From Burkholderiales bacterium (GTDB lineage: Bacteria; Pseudomonadota; Gammaproteobacteria; Burkholderiales; SG8-41): a stretch of 46,737 nt of DNA. The DNA lies in assembly GCA_038106575.1 (NCBI GenBank), contig JAYOED010000004.1, forward strand, positions 7,458-54,194. Direction: 5' to 3'. Positions 19,167 to 28,082 of this stretch are shown one piece after another. Under the pieces are notes generated by a model. That model had not been told where the DNA came from, made no database searches, and saw only the letters and a list, made by a program, of their open reading frames with translations. The first letter of the stretch is position 1. Every line of letters starts with the position of its first letter. The translations under genes and the position numbers were made by a program.

Positions 19167-20771
19167 ATGATTCGTTTCACCCAGATCACGCTGCGGCGCG
19201 GCGCAAAGGTCCTGCTCGAAAGTGCAGACGTAGCGCTCAATCCCGGAGACAAAATCGGCCTGATCGGCGCAAACGGGACCGGCAAGTCCAGCCTGTTCGC
19301 GCTGTTGCGCGGGGAGCTCCAAGCCGACAAGGGGGAGGTAGATTTTCCCCAGCGCTGGCGTGTTGCCCATGTCGCGCAGGAGACACCGGCACTGGAGCGT
19401 GCGGCCATCGACTATGTGATCGACGGCGATGTCACGCTGCGCCATCTGGAGGCTGAACTGGCGCAGGCCGAGACCAAAAACGACGGCGAGCGTATGGGCA
19501 CGCTGTATGCCGACCTTGCCGATGCCGATGCCTGGACCGTGCGGCCGCGCGCAGAAAGCCTGCTGCACGGTCTTGGTTTCGGCCACGATCAAATGGAGCA
19601 GCCGGTTGCGAGTTTTTCAGGCGGCTGGCGCATGCGGCTCAACCTTGCGCAGGCACTGATGTGTCCCTCAGACCTGCTCCTGCTTGACGAACCGACCAAT
19701 CACCTCGATCTCGACGCCATCCTCTGGGTCGAGGACTGGCTGAAGCGATACCGCGGCACGCTGGTCATCGTTTCACACGACCGTGATTTCCTCGACGGCG
19801 TGGTTAATACTATTGTCCACATTGACAACAAGAAACTCAGACGCTACGCCGGCCATTACTCCGACTTTGAGCGCCAGCGTGCCGCCGTGGTAGTGCTAGT
19901 CGCCGGCCAGATCGAGAAGCAGCAGCGCGAACGCGCGCATCTCGAGTCGTTCATCAACCGCTTCAAGGCCCAGGCGAGCAAGGCGCGGCAGGCGCAGAGC
20001 CGGATGAAAATGCTGGCGAAGCTCGAGGATCTGGCGCCGCTGCATGTATCAGCGCCATTCCAGTTTGAATTCCGCGAGCCGCTGCGTGCGCCCAATCCGC
20101 TGCTGGTGCTCGATAGTGTCTCGGCCGGGTACCGTTCTGAAGAAGAAGGCGACAAGACGGTGCTGAAAAACGTCAGCTTTTCACTGCAGAGCGGGCAGCG
20201 CTACGGCCTGCTCGGTATCAACGGAGCCGGCAAGTCGACGCTGATCAAGACCATCGCTGGTGTGCTGCCGCCGCTTGGGGGGGAGGCGACTTTTAACAAG
20301 GGGCTGGCAGTTGGCTATTTCGCGCAGCACCAGGTTGAAATGCTGCGTAACGACGAATCGCCGCTTTGGAATCTGGCCAAGATTGCGCCGCGGGTACGTG
20401 AGCAGGAACTGCGGGCGTTCCTTGGCGGTTTCAATTTTCCTGGCGACATGGCACTGAGCCCGATTACTCATTTCTCCGGTGGCGAAAAGGCCCGGCTCGC
20501 GCTGGCGATGATCGTCTGGCAGCGCCCCAACCTGCTGCTGCTCGACGAGCCGACCAATCATCTTGATCTCGAAACCCGAGAGGCGCTAACGGTCGCGCTG
20601 GCGCAGTTCGAGGGTACGCTGGTGCTGGTGTCCCATGACCGCCACCTGTTGCGGGCGACAACTGACCAGTTCCTGATTGTCGCCGACGGCATGCTGCAGC
20701 CGTTCGATGGCGATATGGACGATTACCGCGACTGGCTGTTCAAGACCAAGCTGACCGCAGATCGGGTGTAG
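19167..20771 (+). CDS. ABC-F family ATPase (YheS-like)
   Basis: Two NBDs: GANGTGKS / FSGGWRMR / LLLDEPTNHLD and GINGAGKST / FSGGEKAR / LLLDEPTNHLD. No TM domain. Confidence 0.92.
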   Translation: MIRFTQITLRRGAKVLLESADVALNPGDKIGLIGANGTGKSSLFALLRGELQADKGEVDFPQRWRVAHVAQETPALERAAIDYVIDGDVTLRHLEAELAQAETKNDGERMGTLYADLADADAWTVRPRAESLLHGLGFGHDQMEQPVASFSGGWRMRLNLAQALMCPSDLLLLDEPTNHLDLDAILWVEDWLKRYRGTLVIVSHDRDFLDGVVNTIVHIDNKKLRRYAGHYSDFERQRAAVVVLVAGQIEKQQRERAHLESFINRFKAQASKARQAQSRMKMLAKLEDLAPLHVSAPFQFEFREPLRAPNPLLVLDSVSAGYRSEEEGDKTVLKNVSFSLQSGQRYGLLGINGAGKSTLIKTIAGVLPPLGGEATFNKGLAVGYFAQHQVEMLRNDESPLWNLAKIAPRVREQELRAFLGGFNFPGDMALSPITHFSGGEKARLALAMIVWQRPNLLLLDEPTNHLDLETREALTVALAQFEGTLVLVSHDRHLLRATTDQFLIVADGMLQPFDGDMDDYRDWLFKTKLTADRV

Positions 20772-20797
20772 GGCCGGGTTGAAGTAACACGCAGCAA

Positions 20798-21658
20798 TTA
20801 CCAGGATGCACTGCCGCGTATGGTCGTGCGCTCCATGCGCCGGCGCAGCGGCAGGGCATAGTCGAACACCGCTTTGTGCTGGGTGGCGCAGTTATCCCAA
20901 AGCAGCAGGTCGTTTATCTGCCACTGGTGTCGGTATATGAATTCCGGACGCTTCAGATGTTCGAACAGAAAGTCCAGTGTTTGCCGGCTTTCATCCTCGG
21001 TTAAACCGGTGATGCGGGTGGTGTAGCCCTCATTTACGAACAGACATTTTTTTCCGGTGTCGGGGTGGGTGCGTAACACGGTATGTTCAATATCCGGCGG
21101 CGCGGTGCGGCCTTCGGTCTTTAGTGGCGTGCGGTTGAATTCATTGACCTTGCGCTCGTAGGTGTAACTGTAACTGTTGACCGCCCTGCGGCCGTCGAGT
21201 CTGGCGATCATCTCCGCAGGCAGCGATGCTGCTGCTGCAACAGCACTGGAAAACAGAGTGTCACCCAGCGACCGTCCCGGCTGCTGCGGTATTTCAATGG
21301 CATAGAGCAAGGAGCAGCGGCTAGGCTCCCTTACATAGCAGTGGTCGGTGTGCCAGTAGCGGCCGGCATCGGTGACGCCAATTGGTTCGCCGTCCTCGAT
21401 GATGTTGGAAACGACGAAGATTTCGGGATAACCGGGCTTGCTGAAGCGCGAGCGGATATTGACGTCGATTTCGCCAAAGCGCTGGCTGAAGGTGATCTGC
21501 TGCTCCGGCGAGAGTTTTTGATTGCGGAATACGATAACGGCATGTTCGTGGAAGGCTGTCAGTATTTCTTCGAACAGGTCGTCAGATACAGGACGCGAGA
21601 GGTCGAGGCCAGTGATTTCGGCCCCCAGCGCCTGACTAAGCTTGCGGATGTTGAGCAC
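20798..21658 (-). CDS. TauD/TfdA family Fe(II)/2-oxoglutarate dioxygenase
   Basis: LGAEITGLDL, WHTD (HxD), GDTLF, WDN.ATQH, RxMxRTT. GTG start at 21658 avoids overlap with the upstream gene; ATG 21709 is the alternative. Confidence 0.92.
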   Translation of the reverse strand: MLNIRKLSQALGAEITGLDLSRPVSDDLFEEILTAFHEHAVIVFRNQKLSPEQQITFSQRFGEIDVNIRSRFSKPGYPEIFVVSNIIEDGEPIGVTDAGRYWHTDHCYVREPSRCSLLYAIEIPQQPGRSLGDTLFSSAVAAAASLPAEMIARLDGRRAVNSYSYTYERKVNEFNRTPLKTEGRTAPPDIEHTVLRTHPDTGKKCLFVNEGYTTRITGLTEDESRQTLDFLFEHLKRPEFIYRHQWQINDLLLWDNCATQHKAVFDYALPLRRRMERTTIRGSASW

Positions 21659-21683
21659 GGGTCGATTCCGCAGGTGCGCGTTC

Positions 21684-22661
21684 TTAGTTGAGCGTGATTC
21701 CTGCGGCATTGATGATCTTCGCGGTCTGCGCAAGATCATCGCGCATGAATTTGCTGAATTGCTCCGGTGACTGTGTGCGGATGTCGAAGCCGATTGCGGT
21801 CAGCCGCTTTTTCAGCTCAGGCGCGTTCAGTGCGGCGATGATTTCGTTGTTCAGGCTGTTGACTACAGCGCGCGGCGTACCTGCGCGGGTGACGATGCCG
21901 AACCAGGTACCAGCTGAGTAATCCTTAAGCCCGGCTTCACCCGTAGACGGAATATCGGGCCAGTTCGGGTGGCGTTGTTCAGCGGCGAAGGCAATAACCT
22001 TGGTGCGGCCGGCCTTGGCATGCGGCATGACGGTGGAGGCGCCGGTGATGATCAGGTTGATCTGGCCGCCGAGCACAGCGTTCATTGCAGGGCCAGAACC
22101 CTTGAACGGTACGTGCAGCAATTTGATGCCGACTATATTTTCGAGCAGTGCTCCACCAAGGTGGTTGGTCGAGGCGGTGCCGGGCGTGCCATAGCTCACG
22201 GTTCCCGGTTTAGCCTTGGCCATTGCGATGACTTCCTTGATGTTGTTGGCTCTCACGGAAGGATGCGCGGCTATCACAAACGGGACGTACACGGCCTGGG
22301 TGATGGGCGCAAAGTCCTTGGTTACGTTGTAAGGCAGTTTTTTCACTACGTTCGGATTGATCGACATCGTGGTCTGCGTGATCAGGCCGATGGTATAGCC
22401 GTCGGGAGCAGCGCTGGCCATCAGGTCGGCGCCGATCATGGTGCTGGCGCCACCGCGGTTGTCGGTAACGAACTGCTGGCCGAAGCGTTCCGACAGCTTG
22501 GCGGCGATGCCGCGGCCAATGAGATCAGTGGTTCCTCCGGGTGGGTAGGGTACGATCAGCCGCACCGGCTTGGTTGGGTATTGTTCCGCAGCCTGGGCTG
22601 CGGTTGTTAACAACGTTGCGGCCAGCAGCGCAATCAGGGTAGTTATCGTGGTTTTGGCCAT
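21684..22661 (-). CDS. Bug/TctC tripartite tricarboxylate transporter substrate-binding protein
   Basis: Signal peptide, YPTKPVRLIVPYPPGGTTD, PDGYT, HVPFKGSGPA. AAGGA RBS before ATG 22661. Confidence 0.93.
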   Translation of the reverse strand: MAKTTITTLIALLAATLLTTAAQAAEQYPTKPVRLIVPYPPGGTTDLIGRGIAAKLSERFGQQFVTDNRGGASTMIGADLMASAAPDGYTIGLITQTTMSINPNVVKKLPYNVTKDFAPITQAVYVPFVIAAHPSVRANNIKEVIAMAKAKPGTVSYGTPGTASTNHLGGALLENIVGIKLLHVPFKGSGPAMNAVLGGQINLIITGASTVMPHAKAGRTKVIAFAAEQRHPNWPDIPSTGEAGLKDYSAGTWFGIVTRAGTPRAVVNSLNNEIIAALNAPELKKRLTAIGFDIRTQSPEQFSKFMRDDLAQTAKIINAAGITLN

Positions 22662-22680
22662 GTTGTCCTTCTCGTTTGTT

Positions 22681-23370
22681 TTATGAATAAGCCTGTTCCA
22701 AGCCTTTGCTTCGAAACAATACCGCATGTTCCGGTTTTCGGAAAAAATCGATCATTGCCTGCGCAGCGGCAGCTTGTTTGGATACCACGAACAGACCGGC
22801 CGAGGTCTCCAGCGTTTTTTGCACTGAGGCAGGAATGGGTCCAACCACTTCCAGTCCCGGCACTGCCATAAGTTCTGGAATCTGTTGCAAAGCCAGTTCC
22901 GCTTTGCCGGCAACTACCAAGGTGCCGATATAGCCGCCGGGGCGGTTGACAGTCTTGCTCTTCATTTGTTCGGCGATGCCAAGTTTTTCGATCAGCGTCG
23001 GGATGTACATGCCGCTCGCACCGTGCAAGGTGTGGGCGATGGACTTTGCCGCGAGTAGTGATTTGCGTAGCGCATCAACGCTGGAGATATCCGGATGCGG
23101 CGTGCCTTTGGCGACGCCGACACCGACCACGGCCCGGGCAAATGGGAGGCAGCTGGCAGATACGATGAAACCGGCCTCCACAAGCTCCTTAACTGCACCG
23201 CTGCCAAGGATCACTACGTCACCGGGTTCGCCAGCCCTGATTTTTCCAACCATGCCCTTGGCTGAACCGGCGGTGATGGAAGCCTGGTTGCTACTGATTT
23301 TTTCGTAGGCGGGTATCAGCGCGTCGAGCACCGTGCGCGTGCTGTTGGAGGTGAGTATTTTAAGTTCCAT
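22681..23370 (-). CDS. ModA-like substrate-binding-fold protein without signal peptide
   Basis: G.GV.KG.P.PDISS...LR..LL.AKSIA, GASG, LGIAEQM, G.AEL..QQI.EL..VPG...VGP.P. Begins directly with the mature-type strand MELKILTS. Confidence 0.75.
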   Translation of the reverse strand: MELKILTSNSTRTVLDALIPAYEKISSNQASITAGSAKGMVGKIRAGEPGDVVILGSGAVKELVEAGFIVSASCLPFARAVVGVGVAKGTPHPDISSVDALRKSLLAAKSIAHTLHGASGMYIPTLIEKLGIAEQMKSKTVNRPGGYIGTLVVAGKAELALQQIPELMAVPGLEVVGPIPASVQKTLETSAGLFVVSKQAAAAQAMIDFFRKPEHAVLFRSKGLEQAYS

Positions 23371-23376
23371 GGCGGT

Positions 23377-24033
23377 TCAGTTCATCGGTTGCGCGGTGCG
23401 TGCAAATTCGGCATCGACTGCCTTCTCATGGGCGATCAGCTTTTGCACGCTCGGACGCTGCTGCAGCCGTTCGTAATGGGCCATGCAGTGCCTGAACTGC
23501 GACAGGTCGAGCTTGAAGCTCAGCGTGCGCCGCATGCACCAGTGGAAGTAGGCATCGGGCGTGGTGAAATGGTCAAAGAAGAATTCGCGGCCGGAGAGCA
23601 GGTTGTCGGCAATCCGGTATTCCTCGAACAGCAGCTTGTTGGCGACGCGCTTCACCGATTCGGCGGAGTCGGGAAGATCGCAATAGTTTTCGGGACGCGC
23701 GTTCGGCGTCATCTTCGGATGGATGCCCGAAGCGAACCAGCACATCAGCGAGATCGCCTCGATTTCCTGCTGCTGGTCTGCCGGCAGCAGCCTGGCCTGC
23801 GGGAAATTGCGGTGGACCCAGATCTGGATCGCTGGGTTCTCGGTCAGCGGTTCGCCGTCGATCACCAGCACCGGCACCTTGTGCTTGGGATTGAGCTTCA
23901 GGTATTCCGGTGTCTTCAGCTGTCCCGAGCGCGAATTCATGTTGTGCACCGTGAATTCGGCTCCGGCCTCGGTCAGTGCGACGAACGGCACCAAGGCGCA
24001 AGTCTTTGGGGCGTAATAGAGCTCAAGCTTCAT
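23377..24033 (-). CDS. Glutathione S-transferase (beta-class-like)
   Basis: LYYAPKTCA, LNPKHKVPVL, LTENPAI, FTTPDAY, RPSVQ. Confidence 0.9.
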   Translation of the reverse strand: MKLELYYAPKTCALVPFVALTEAGAEFTVHNMNSRSGQLKTPEYLKLNPKHKVPVLVIDGEPLTENPAIQIWVHRNFPQARLLPADQQQEIEAISLMCWFASGIHPKMTPNARPENYCDLPDSAESVKRVANKLLFEEYRIADNLLSGREFFFDHFTTPDAYFHWCMRRTLSFKLDLSQFRHCMAHYERLQQRPSVQKLIAHEKAVDAEFARTAQPMN

Positions 24034-24044
24034 GCGCGCTCCCG

Positions 24045-25199
24045 TTACAGGGTGTTTTCAGAGCCGAAAATTACTGTGCACTGGCTTGAGAGTACACCTC
24101 CATTCCCATGTGCGAGCGCAACGTCGCAGTTCTTCACCTGCCGTTCGCCGCATTCGCCGCGCACCTGGCGGATGGCCTCGATCATCACCAGCAGGCCGTA
24201 CATGCCGGGATGACAGTAAGACAGGCCGCCGCCGGAGGTGTTGACCGCGAGTTTGCCGCCGGGAGCGATGGCTCCGCCCGAAACAAAGCGTCCGCCTTCG
24301 CCCTTGGGGCAGAAGCCGAGATCCTCAAGAAACAGGATCGGATTGATGGTGAATGCGTCGTAGAGCGACAGCATCTTCACATCTTTTTGCTTGACGCCGG
24401 CCATTTTGAAGGCTTGCGGCCCCGAGACCGAGGCGCCGGTGACGGTGAAGTCGGGCAGGCTGGAGATGTTGGCATGTGACAGCGTCTCACCGACGCCGAG
24501 CACGTAGACCGGCTTTTGTTTTAGCGATTTGGCCCTCGCCGCCGAAGTCAGCACGATGGCACCGCCGCCGTCGACCACCAGGCAGCAGTCGCGCACCGTG
24601 AACGGATAGGACACCATGCGCGCGTTGAGCGCCTGTTCGATGGTCAGCGGTTCTTTTTCCCAGGCCTTGGGATTGAGCAGGGCCCACTTCCGCGCTGACA
24701 CCGCCACTTCGGCAAGATGTTCGCGGGTGGTGCCGTACTGGTGCATGTGCCGTGCCGCCGCCATCGCGTAGGCGCTGATCGGCAGGATCGGTCGGTAGGG
24801 CATTTCGTAGGGATTGAATTCGCGCGGGCTGGCGGCGGCGCGCGAGACCGAGCGCTGGGTGCTGCCATAGGCGATGACCGCAACTTCGCAAAGACCCAGC
24901 TGTATGGCCATCTGCGCATGCGCAACATGGGTCATGAACGACGAGCCGCCGATCTGCGTGCCGTCGAATACCTTGGGCTTGATGCGCAGGTATTCGGCCA
25001 GCGACATCGGGCCCATGCGTACCTGGGTGGCGGCGACGAACAGGGCGTCGACATCCTTCAGTTTTAATCCGCAGTCGTCCAGCGCACGCATCGTCGCCTG
25101 CGCCATCAGGTCAACCGGCGAGGTATGCGGTGCGACCAGGCCGAGATCGGATTCTGCCGCGCCGACGACTGCGATGCTGCCACGTTGGAGTCCTCTCAT
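24045..25199 (-). CDS. Thiolase-fold protein (SCP2/Ltp2-type, no canonical nucleophilic Cys)
   Basis: AVVGAAES, IGGSSF, YAMAAARHMHQYGTT, DCCLVVDGGGA, LYDAFT, NTSGGGLSYCHPG; adjacent to a DUF35 gene. Confidence 0.88.
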   Translation of the reverse strand: MRGLQRGSIAVVGAAESDLGLVAPHTSPVDLMAQATMRALDDCGLKLKDVDALFVAATQVRMGPMSLAEYLRIKPKVFDGTQIGGSSFMTHVAHAQMAIQLGLCEVAVIAYGSTQRSVSRAAASPREFNPYEMPYRPILPISAYAMAAARHMHQYGTTREHLAEVAVSARKWALLNPKAWEKEPLTIEQALNARMVSYPFTVRDCCLVVDGGGAIVLTSAARAKSLKQKPVYVLGVGETLSHANISSLPDFTVTGASVSGPQAFKMAGVKQKDVKMLSLYDAFTINPILFLEDLGFCPKGEGGRFVSGGAIAPGGKLAVNTSGGGLSYCHPGMYGLLVMIEAIRQVRGECGERQVKNCDVALAHGNGGVLSSQCTVIFGSENTL

Positions 25200-25585
25200 T
25201 TGGCTTCTCCCGCAGGCGTGAATACAGGATAGGGCAGGGCTTTGTCGTCGCCGGGATGCACTTTGAACTTCACGCGCATGCCGATTTTGACCTGCACCGG
25301 ATCGATATCCTCGACACGGCTCATCAGGCGGTATCCCTCATCCATGTCGATCATCGCCACGTTGAGCGGCGGCTCGCCCTTGTAATGGACGACTGTCGTG
25401 GTGTAGACCGTGCCCAGTCCTTTCGATACCCGCCATTCGATGTTGGCGCTTCCGGTTTCCGGCGCGATCGCGCGCGGGTAGAAGAACGCCTTGTTGGTGT
25501 CCTTGTTCACCTGATAGGCGAGTTCGCCTTTCTTCAGGTGCTCGACGTAGGTGCCGAGCGGCGATTGTTTCATCAGGTCGGTCAT
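25196..25585 (-). CDS. DUF35 OB-fold protein (thiolase partner)
   Basis: GELAYQ...FFYPR, WRVSKGLGTVYT.TVVH, NVAMIDMDEGYRLMSRV, IGMRV. AAGGA RBS before ATG 25585; 4-nt overlap with the thiolase gene. Confidence 0.88.
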   Translation of the reverse strand: MTDLMKQSPLGTYVEHLKKGELAYQVNKDTNKAFFYPRAIAPETGSANIEWRVSKGLGTVYTTTVVHYKGEPPLNVAMIDMDEGYRLMSRVEDIDPVQVKIGMRVKFKVHPGDDKALPYPVFTPAGEAK

Positions 25586-25625
25586 CACTGTTTCCTTTGT
25601 CAGACGGTTTTTTGGATTTCTGGCT

Positions 25626-26426
25626 TTATTTCTGTGATTCGAGGAATTTGAGCGTAGCTTGTGCGCAGCGATCCGGATAGGCGCCGGCGGCATGCCAGGC
25701 GTCGCCTTCAAGAACCAGCAATTGTGCCGATTTGACCTGCGATACCCACGCCTTTACGCCGTCCACCGAACGCAACCCGCTGCCGGTGGTGGTAATGATC
25801 AGGGTCGGGCAGGTGATGCGCTTGACGTCTTCGCGGATGTCGAGCTTCGGTACCCAGCGCAGATAGCCCTGAAGCGTCGACAGCGGCGTTTTGCCCTGCA
25901 TGTTGTTGATCCACCAGTCGATCTCGGCCTGCGTGGCCACGCTGCCCAGTCGTCCCTGCATGGTGTGAAGCGCCCAGTCGAGCACGCCTTTGCTGTTGAT
26001 GTGCTTCAGCCAGTCATCGACGCCGGCGGCCGGCAGTACCGGCGGCGTCACCCCGATCAGGGTCTTCACCAGCCCCGGACGGCTCGCGGCCATTGCCAAA
26101 GACATCGAGCCGCCACTCTTGGCGCCAACGAGATGTACGCTGGCACAGCCGAGATGGCGGATCAGCGCTTCAACGTCGTCGAGCAGTTCGCCCATCGACC
26201 ACTCGTGATCCGCCGGCATCGGCGTCGAGCGGCCGAAGCCGCGCAGGTCGATGCGCACCACGCGGTAATGGCGCATGAAATGCGGCACCCAGGCCCGCCA
26301 GGCTTCACCGGATTCGGCGAGGCCGTGCACGAAGAGGAGTGTTTCCGGTGTGCGCCAGGGATCGGTGCAGTCATCAATGGTGTAGAAGATTTTGCAGCTG
26401 TCAGGGCGGTTCAGGGTGTATTCCAC
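25626..26426 (-). CDS. Alpha/beta-hydrolase fold protein (GAKSG elbow)
   Basis: FVHGLAES, DLRGFGRS, HLVGAKSGG, ITCPTLII, C-terminal His (DAWH). Confidence 0.85.
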   Translation of the reverse strand: MEYTLNRPDSCKIFYTIDDCTDPWRTPETLLFVHGLAESGEAWRAWVPHFMRHYRVVRIDLRGFGRSTPMPADHEWSMGELLDDVEALIRHLGCASVHLVGAKSGGSMSLAMAASRPGLVKTLIGVTPPVLPAAGVDDWLKHINSKGVLDWALHTMQGRLGSVATQAEIDWWINNMQGKTPLSTLQGYLRWVPKLDIREDVKRITCPTLIITTTGSGLRSVDGVKAWVSQVKSAQLLVLEGDAWHAAGAYPDRCAQATLKFLESQK

Positions 26427-26429
26427 GGC

Positions 26430-28049
26430 TCAGGCCTTTTTGTTTTTCAGTCCGAAATCGATCAACGCCTGCGCGCGCACCTTGTTTTTCTGTACCTTGG
26501 CGCTACCGGTCATGCCGATCGCTTCGAAGTTGTCGACGATTTTCAGATAACGCGGCACGCGGAAGTTGGCCAGCAGATCCTTGCTCCAGGCGATCAACTC
26601 TTCCGGCGTCGCGGTTTTTCCCTCGCGCAGGATCACGTAGGCCGCGGGCACCTCGATCAGCCGCGGGTCGGGAACGCCTACCACCTGAGCCTGCTTGATC
26701 GCCGGATGTTTGTGCAGCACATCCTCGACCTCGGCAGGGGCAACATTTTCACCACCGACACGGAACACGTCCTTGATGCGGGTGAGGAATTTCAGCCGGC
26801 CGTCTTCATCCATTACGCCGAGGTCACCGGTGTGCAGCCAGCCTTCGGTGTCGATCGTCTTCGCGGTCTGCTCGGGCATTTTGTAATAACCCTGCATCAC
26901 GCTCCAGCCCCGCACCTGGATTTCACCGGTCCAGCCTGGCGGCTGTGCGGATCCGTTTTCAGGATCGATGATGCGTACCTCGACATCATCGAGGATGTGG
27001 GCCCAGCCTTCGATGCGTTTTTCGATATCGTCGTCATATTTCGACATGCAGACGTTGGGAGAAGCTTCCGAGAGGCCGTAGGCCTGTACCAGCCCCTTCA
27101 TGCCCATCTGCTCGACCACCCGCCGTGACACTTCGGGGCCGCAGGACACCCAGCCGTTGCGCAGTTTAAGCGGATATTTCTTGAAATCAGGATGATTAAG
27201 CAGCATCAGGAACATGGTGTCGTTGCCGGAGGTGTGCGTGCATTCCTCACTCCACATCGTTAACAGGGCTTCCTCGGCATCGAAGGTCGGCGACGAGAAC
27301 AGGCAGGCGCCGGTGACCAGCGCCGCAAGCAGCGAAAGCGTGGTGCCAGCAACGTGATAGAACGGGCGTGCGCTGTAATAGCGGTCGCCGGCCCGGAGAT
27401 GGAAGCGTCGGGCGACGCAGACTGCATTTCTAAGCATGTTGTCGTGGCTCAGCATTACGCCCTTAGGGTGCGAGGTCGTGCCTGAAGTGAACTGCATCAG
27501 CAGGATGTCTTCGGGTTTCACTTCCGATGGCCAGGCTTCCTCGAAAGCCGCTCCCTTGAAGAGGAGATCGTCAAAGCCTATTGCACCTTTCGGGATGTCC
27601 TTGCCCAGAACCACGACGGTTTGCAGCAGCGGCAGTGCCGGATCGGGCAGGGCGCGGTCGACTGCCGGGCAGATGCTGCGCAGCATGGCGATGAAACCGA
27701 TCTTGAGGAAACGGTCGGCGATGAACAGCACCTTCACGTCGGCCTGATGCAGGCAGTATTCCAGTTCGTCAGCCTTGAATCGGGTGTTGACCGGCACGGT
27801 AACCGCGCCGATGCGTGCGGCAGCGTAGAAAAAAATCACCCACTCCAGCGTATTGCCCATGCACACGGCAACGTGGTCGCCGCGACTGATGCCTAGCGCC
27901 CGCAGTCCCTGCGAGACTTCGCGCACTTTGTCGCGCAGTTCCGCCCAGGTCAGTCGCCGCCCGGCGATGACCAGCGCCTCGTGCTGCGCATGCGCCGTGG
28001 CTGTGGTGTTGAGCACCTCGGCGAGAGTTTGCGGTTTCCAGACAGGCAT
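26430..28049 (-). CDS. AMP-forming acyl-CoA synthetase
   Basis: FTSGTTSHPKG, AYGLSE, WLHTGDLG, RIKD, GGENVAPAEVE, GSAKVQK. Confidence 0.93.
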   Translation of the reverse strand: MPVWKPQTLAEVLNTTATAHAQHEALVIAGRRLTWAELRDKVREVSQGLRALGISRGDHVAVCMGNTLEWVIFFYAAARIGAVTVPVNTRFKADELEYCLHQADVKVLFIADRFLKIGFIAMLRSICPAVDRALPDPALPLLQTVVVLGKDIPKGAIGFDDLLFKGAAFEEAWPSEVKPEDILLMQFTSGTTSHPKGVMLSHDNMLRNAVCVARRFHLRAGDRYYSARPFYHVAGTTLSLLAALVTGACLFSSPTFDAEEALLTMWSEECTHTSGNDTMFLMLLNHPDFKKYPLKLRNGWVSCGPEVSRRVVEQMGMKGLVQAYGLSEASPNVCMSKYDDDIEKRIEGWAHILDDVEVRIIDPENGSAQPPGWTGEIQVRGWSVMQGYYKMPEQTAKTIDTEGWLHTGDLGVMDEDGRLKFLTRIKDVFRVGGENVAPAEVEDVLHKHPAIKQAQVVGVPDPRLIEVPAAYVILREGKTATPEELIAWSKDLLANFRVPRYLKIVDNFEAIGMTGSAKVQKNKVRAQALIDFGLKNKKA

Positions 28050-28082
28050 TATTTATAACTATATGATTTAAAATATAATTTA

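Noticed and set aside
25659-27128. 489-aa plus-strand ORF, and similar long shadows such as 3127-4254 and 35677-36603
   Set aside because: They lie antisense to well-supported genes and show no family motifs.
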